Of a DNA stretch of 64,000 nucleotides, positions 61,920 through 64,000 are shown one piece after another. The DNA comes from Chiloscyllium plagiosum. Taxonomy: Eukaryota. The notes below the pieces were generated by a model that saw only the letters and a program-made list of their open reading frames with translations, ran no database searches and was not told where the DNA came from. Where the stretch lies: the NCBI RefSeq assembly GCF_004010195.1, contig NC_057739.1, positions 28,323,239 to 28,387,238 of the forward strand, read 5' to 3'. Position 1 is the stretch's first letter. Each line of letters opens with the position of its first letter. The position numbers and the translations under genes were made by a program.

Positions 61920-64000
61920 GATCTTAAGGTATAGGAGCAGAAGTAGGCCATTCATCCCATTGACTCTGCTCTGCCATTCAATTGTGGCTGATAATGTTTC
62001 TCAAGCCTGTTCTACTGCCATCTCCCTGAAACACTTGATCCCCTTACTAATCAAGAAACTATCTATTTCTTTGTTAAATAGACTCAATCTCTTGGCTTCC
62101 ACAGCCCTTTCCAGCACAAAGTTCCACAGAATCACCACCCCCCGCTAAAGAAATTCCTCATCTCTGTTCTGAAGTATCACCTTTTCCCTCTGAAATTGTA
62201 CCCTCGGGTCCTAGTCTGTCCTACTAGTGGACAGTAGAGATCCACTGGATCCAACACTGAGTACCTGTAAGTTTCAATCAGATCCCGACCATCCCCCCCC
62301 CCCATCCTTCCAAACTATATCACGTATAGATCCAGAGTCCTCAACCGCTCCTCACATGACAGGCCCTTCATCTCCAGAATCATTCTTGAAAACCATCTTT
62401 GGACCCCTTCCAAAGTCTTTCGTTTGATACAGGGCCCAAAACTGCTTTGTGTTGCAAATGTCATCTGACCAGAGCCTTATACAGTCTCAGCAATACATCT
62501 AGTTCCTGTTTATGAGCCCTCCTAAACATTATATTTGTCTGCAAACAAACAGAAAAAATTGCTCGAATAACTGAGCAGTCTGGCATCATGTGTGGAGAGA
62601 AAACTGAATTAACATTTTGAGTCCAGTGATCCTTTTTCAGAATTGATTGCAGCTCAAAAAAGTTTGATATTTGTCTCTGGAATAAATGATGGGTGGAGAT
62701 GGAGCCCAGAGAGAGAGAAAAACGCAGTTGGGCAACTGCTCGATATGGATAGCAATGAGTTGAGTGCATAGGTTAAGTTACTATATTTTACATTAGGATT
62801 AAATCTTGGCACAACATTGTAGGCCAAAAGGCCTGTTCTGTGCTGTACTTTTTTATGTTCTATGTTCTAAAGGAGAGTCAAGGTCAGCCTGGGAGAATGA
62901 ATAGCTGCTAATGGGGACCGTTAGTAGCTGACAATGGCTTGTTTGTGGTAGCAGCTAGAGGTGACTAGACATGGTGCATGGGGTTGGGCAAAGGACATGG
63001 GAGAAGGCTCTAAAATTATTGAACTCTGTGTTCAGTCCAGATGGTTGCAGGATTTCCAAGTGGAAAATGAGGTGTTCTTCTAGCTTAATCTGAGCTTCGC
63101 TGGAGCACTACAGCAAGCCCGAGACACATGTTGGCCAGGGAACATAGTGGTGTGTTGAAATAGCAGAAGACTGGAAATTTGGTAGTTCTTACGGACAGAA
63201 AGTATGTGCTTCAAAAGCACTTCAGTCTCTCCACTATAGAGAAGACCATATTGTGATTTGGAGATGCCAGTGAGCAGTGAATATAGTAGATTAGATTGAA
63301 TGAAGTGCAGGAGTGAAATGCGAAATGCATTTGCCTTCCTGACTGTCAACTGAAACTACATGTTAACCTTAAGAGAATTCTCAACTAGGACTGGAGGGAT
63401 ATGGGCCAAATGCTGGCAAATGGGACCAGGTCCACTTAGGATATCTGGTCAGTGTGAACACGTTGGGAAAAAGGGTCTGTTTTTGTGCTGTACAACTCTA
63501 TGACTCTGACTTCCAAGTCTTCAGATTTCCAAAGCCTTTCCCCATTTAAAAATGCATGACCTCTCATTTTGCTACATTATATTCCATCTGCCACTTTTTT
63601 ACCCACTCTCCAAGCAGATCCAAGTTCTTGTGCAGCCTCCCTGCTTTGTCAACACTCCCTGTCCTTCCACCTATCTTGGTATTATTTGCAAACTTAACAA
63701 AAATGCCCTCCGTTCCTTTGTCCAAATTGTTAATATATAACTTGGTCCCAAAACTGATCCCTGTGGAACTCCACGAGTCAGCTGCCATCCTGAAAAAGGC
63801 CTCTTTATTCTCTACTGTCTGCATTCTGCCAGTCAGCTCATCCTCTATCCATGCTATACCTTTCTCCGAGCAGCATGGACTCTTATTTAGCAGCCTCCTG
63901 TGCAGCACCTTGTCAAAAGCTTTCTGGAAATAGATCAGATCTACTAGCTGTCCTTTGTCTAACTTGCTTATTACCACCTCCAAAAAATTGTAATGAATTT
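61920..64000 (-). mobile_element. Old CR1 3' half (61920-62540, 63320-64000) with nested PLE and CR1 tails
   Basis: VDLIYFQKAFDKVLHRRLL..LYINNLD..KFANNTKIGG..WQMEYNV; LLRLYKALVR. Confidence 0.8.
62545..63330 (-). mobile_element. Old Penelope-like 3' portion
   Basis: PLE-type end (aacattttgagtccagtgatcctttttcagaa) and GIY-YIG remnant (YGLLYSGET) on the minus strand. Confidence 0.7.

Noticed and set aside
54848-64000. Next GAPVD1 exon
   Set aside because: I found no matching peptide with splice sites; it is presumably beyond the window.

Overview
Vertebrate genomic DNA, almost certainly a cartilaginous fish (shark-type V-SINE/HE1, CR1 and Penelope repeats), with one 645-N gap (24474-25118). 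The only host gene is GAPVD1 (RasGAP + VPS9 protein) on the + strand. Its start codon and eight constitutive coding exons plus one 81-nt cassette exon splice into one frame through canonical GT-AG junctions. The gene continues past the window end, so the VPS9 part is not seen. Introns are packed with decayed CR1, L2, SINE and Penelope-like (PLE) repeats, and nearly all short ORFs in the track are repeat debris. Most interesting: (1) at least three families of tiny PLE-derived inserts built around minimal hammerhead-ribozyme cores, many with 11-16 bp target-site duplications (TSDs), several being spacer-less palindromes centred on GAATTC; (2) a duplicated acceptor of the cassette exon carrying an immediate in-frame stop; (3) a LINE with no visible ORF1 and a tRNA-like head, plus a short element sharing both of its ends; (4) a PLE-bounded composite insert carrying unrelated DNA. 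Exon and TSD coordinates were read base by base. Repeat boundaries are approximate, and family names come from recognition, not database searches.
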